Positions 26,627 to 27,758 of a stretch of 27,758 bases of DNA are shown here, in pieces (the first letter of the stretch is position 1; each line of letters begins with the position of its first letter). The position numbers and the translations under genes were made by a program. Source of the DNA: Candidatus Jordarchaeia archaeon (GTDB lineage Archaea > Asgardarchaeota > Jordiarchaeia > Jordiarchaeales > Jordiarchaeaceae); the NCBI GenBank assembly GCA_029856435.1, contig JAHQXB010000157.1:1-27758 (forward strand). The letters are read 5' to 3'. The notes beneath the pieces were generated by a model that did not search any database, had not been told where the DNA came from, and saw nothing but the letters and a program-made list of their open reading frames with translations.

Positions 26627-26914
26627 TTACCTCCGCTTTTTTATGTCTTCTAAAATCTCTGTAAGCTCATCCACAGTTGGTACTCCAATAAATCTCCAAT
26701 TCAAACCTACAAGATCCAGGGTGGGCGTAGTTAGTACCCCATCTTTTAAGGCTCTCTCAGGATTTTTATCTAAATCTACCTCCTCAATCTCAAGATCTAA
26801 TTTCAGATTTTCCAAACTTTTCTTAATATTATTTAAAACCTGGTTATATTTAGGTGTTCTTTGAGACTTGTAGAGTACCAGTCTATACTCTCCCGCCGTC
26901 ACTTCTAACCACAA
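26627..26914 (-). CDS. kaiB: KaiB-like protein (thioredoxin fold without CxxC)
   Basis: LVLY..RTP, EEVDLDKNPERALKDGVLTTPTL and RFIG parallel KaiB motifs (LY..[24 protein letters not shown], RIIG); no cysteine in the protein. Confidence 0.85.
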   Translation of the reverse strand: MWLEVTAGEYRLVLYKSQRTPKYNQVLNNIKKSLENLKLDLEIEEVDLDKNPERALKDGVLTTPTLDLVGLNWRFIGVPTVDELTEILEDIKKRR

Positions 26915-26931
26915 CCTAAAACGGACCGCAT

Positions 26932-26950
26932 ATTTAATATAAAAATTATA
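26932..26950 (-). promoter_or_regulatory. Probable TATA box of the kaiB-kaiC operon (leaderless transcript)
   Basis: Minus strand TTTATATT at 26943-26936, centred about 26 nt upstream of the kaiB TTG; no SD sequence upstream of kaiB. Confidence 0.45.
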
Positions 26951-27026
26951 AATTACACTAATAAGGATTTAGGGGCCTAAATATAAAAAGAATAGAAAAC
27001 AAATAAAACTTTTTTAAACATTAAAG

Positions 27027-27250
27027 AAAATAAGTATACAAACCCGCAAATGCCCAATTATGGTGAGAAAAACAAATTTTAAATGAAAAAATAAGTATCC
27101 ATGTAAAAGAAATTTATAAAAATTTAAAAATAAGTATGTTTTGGCTTCTGAGTCCAAATAACAGATTATAAGACCCCAAACCTCGAAAAAGAGTCTATTT
27201 CACCCTTTTTTGCGAACTTTAACCGCCAAGTAAAAGAACCTAAAATAAGT
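27027..27250 (+). repeat. Direct repeats AAAATAAGT(AT), four copies, in an AT-rich intergenic region
   Basis: AAAATAAGTAT at 27027, 27088 and 27127; AAAATAAGT at 27242. Confidence 0.6.
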
Positions 27251-27328
27251 CCCGTTTCAAAAATGGAGCTTATAACGCCAGATCAGTCCTCATCATGAGC
27301 TAAAACCCATATGTTTAAACAACACTCC

Positions 27329-27507
27329 GGCGATAGATTCGCAGGATCTTTGCTATGGTTTTTTGCCATTATGTTCCTGATAATTTATGGTTTTATCGGT
27401 GTTTTTCCTCAATTTTTAATATTTCCATCCCCTTTAAGTGGTGAGAAACAGTTTTGAGAAGAGCCAAAAAAAGGCCCAAAAACACGAGATTTTGCGAATC
27501 TATCGCC
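27329..27507. repeat. IR-flanked 151-bp segment, copy 2 (complete)
   Basis: GGCGATAGATTCGC (27329-27342) and GCGAATCTATCGCC (27494-27507) form a perfect 14-bp IR. An equally valid reading is a 13-bp TIR with CCG directly repeated on both sides (27327-27329 and 27507-27509). Confidence 0.95.
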
Positions 27508-27747
27508 CGGGGAACGGTTGAAGCGGGCATATCTCTCCTGTTTTCGGTGGGGATGTTCCCAGTTGTGGCTCTGCCCTCTTTTGGGCTTTTTCGAACTTTC
27601 CGCATTCCGGGCTGGAGTCGGCTGCACGGCACATGTGTATGTGTGGTTGTTTTTGAGGAATGATGGATTTAATGGTTTTTCTTTAACGTTAACTGTTGGA
27701 AGTTTTAGCAAGCTTTATTCTAATTAGCAGTTTTAACACCCCTAAAG
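27507..27747 (+). repeat. ~240-bp dispersed non-coding element (element B), copy 2
   Basis: Direct repeat of 175..419 with about 20 substitutions and several short indels. Confidence 0.85.
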
Positions 27748-27758
27748 CATATCTTCTA

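Noticed and set aside
600-26864. The many short ORFs antisense to or overlapping the long genes (for example 1119..1493, 5277..5831, 9867..10628, 25888..26388)
   Set aside because: They are shadows of well-supported genes on the opposite strand or in another frame, with no motifs of their own.
26627-26914. Annotation of the 95-aa protein as a thioredoxin or glutaredoxin
   Set aside because: It has no cysteine at all; the motif pattern and the adjacency to kaiC favour KaiB.
175-27747. The window as an integrated element bounded by att-like direct repeats (B1/B2)
   Set aside because: The interior is housekeeping (gltX, hdrABC, M42 peptidase), there is no integrase or replication gene, and the repeats are long and diverged rather than a short identical att core.
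1-27758. CRISPR array, rRNA or tRNA genes
   Set aside because: No regularly spaced 25-40-bp repeats, rRNA-conserved segments or cloverleaf with a T-loop consensus were seen in any intergenic region.

Overview
Archaeal chromosomal DNA, plausibly Asgard (an inference from archaeal-type GltX, HdrABC, a small GTPase + Roadblock module and a site-1-protease-like membrane protein; not provable from this window). I can support about 24 CDS: a 1412-aa membrane-anchored S8 subtilase whose catalytic Ser is replaced, an ABC-2 exporter with two ATPases, an MtxX/Mmp4-like protein, an M42 aminopeptidase, an A24 prepilin peptidase, gltX, a HAD hydrolase, a double-wHTH regulator, a degenerate cyclase, hdrC-hdrB-hdrA::mvhD, several small unknown proteins, and a compact cluster kaiB -> single-domain kaiC -> (inactive KaiC-like)::(MglA/CvnD-type GTPase) fusion -> Roadblock -> second inactive KaiC-like gene. 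The two strongest leads are: (1) this KaiB/KaiC-GTPase-Roadblock cluster, which looks like a KaiBC-type switch wired to a small-GTPase module; and (2) a ~420-bp non-coding element at both window ends, in which a 151-bp core between 13-14-bp perfect inverted repeats lies in opposite orientations relative to the same ~245-bp structured flank (candidate invertible switch or site-specific MITE). No tRNA, rRNA, CRISPR array, recombinase or transposase was found. All family assignments come from manual motif recognition; no searches were run.
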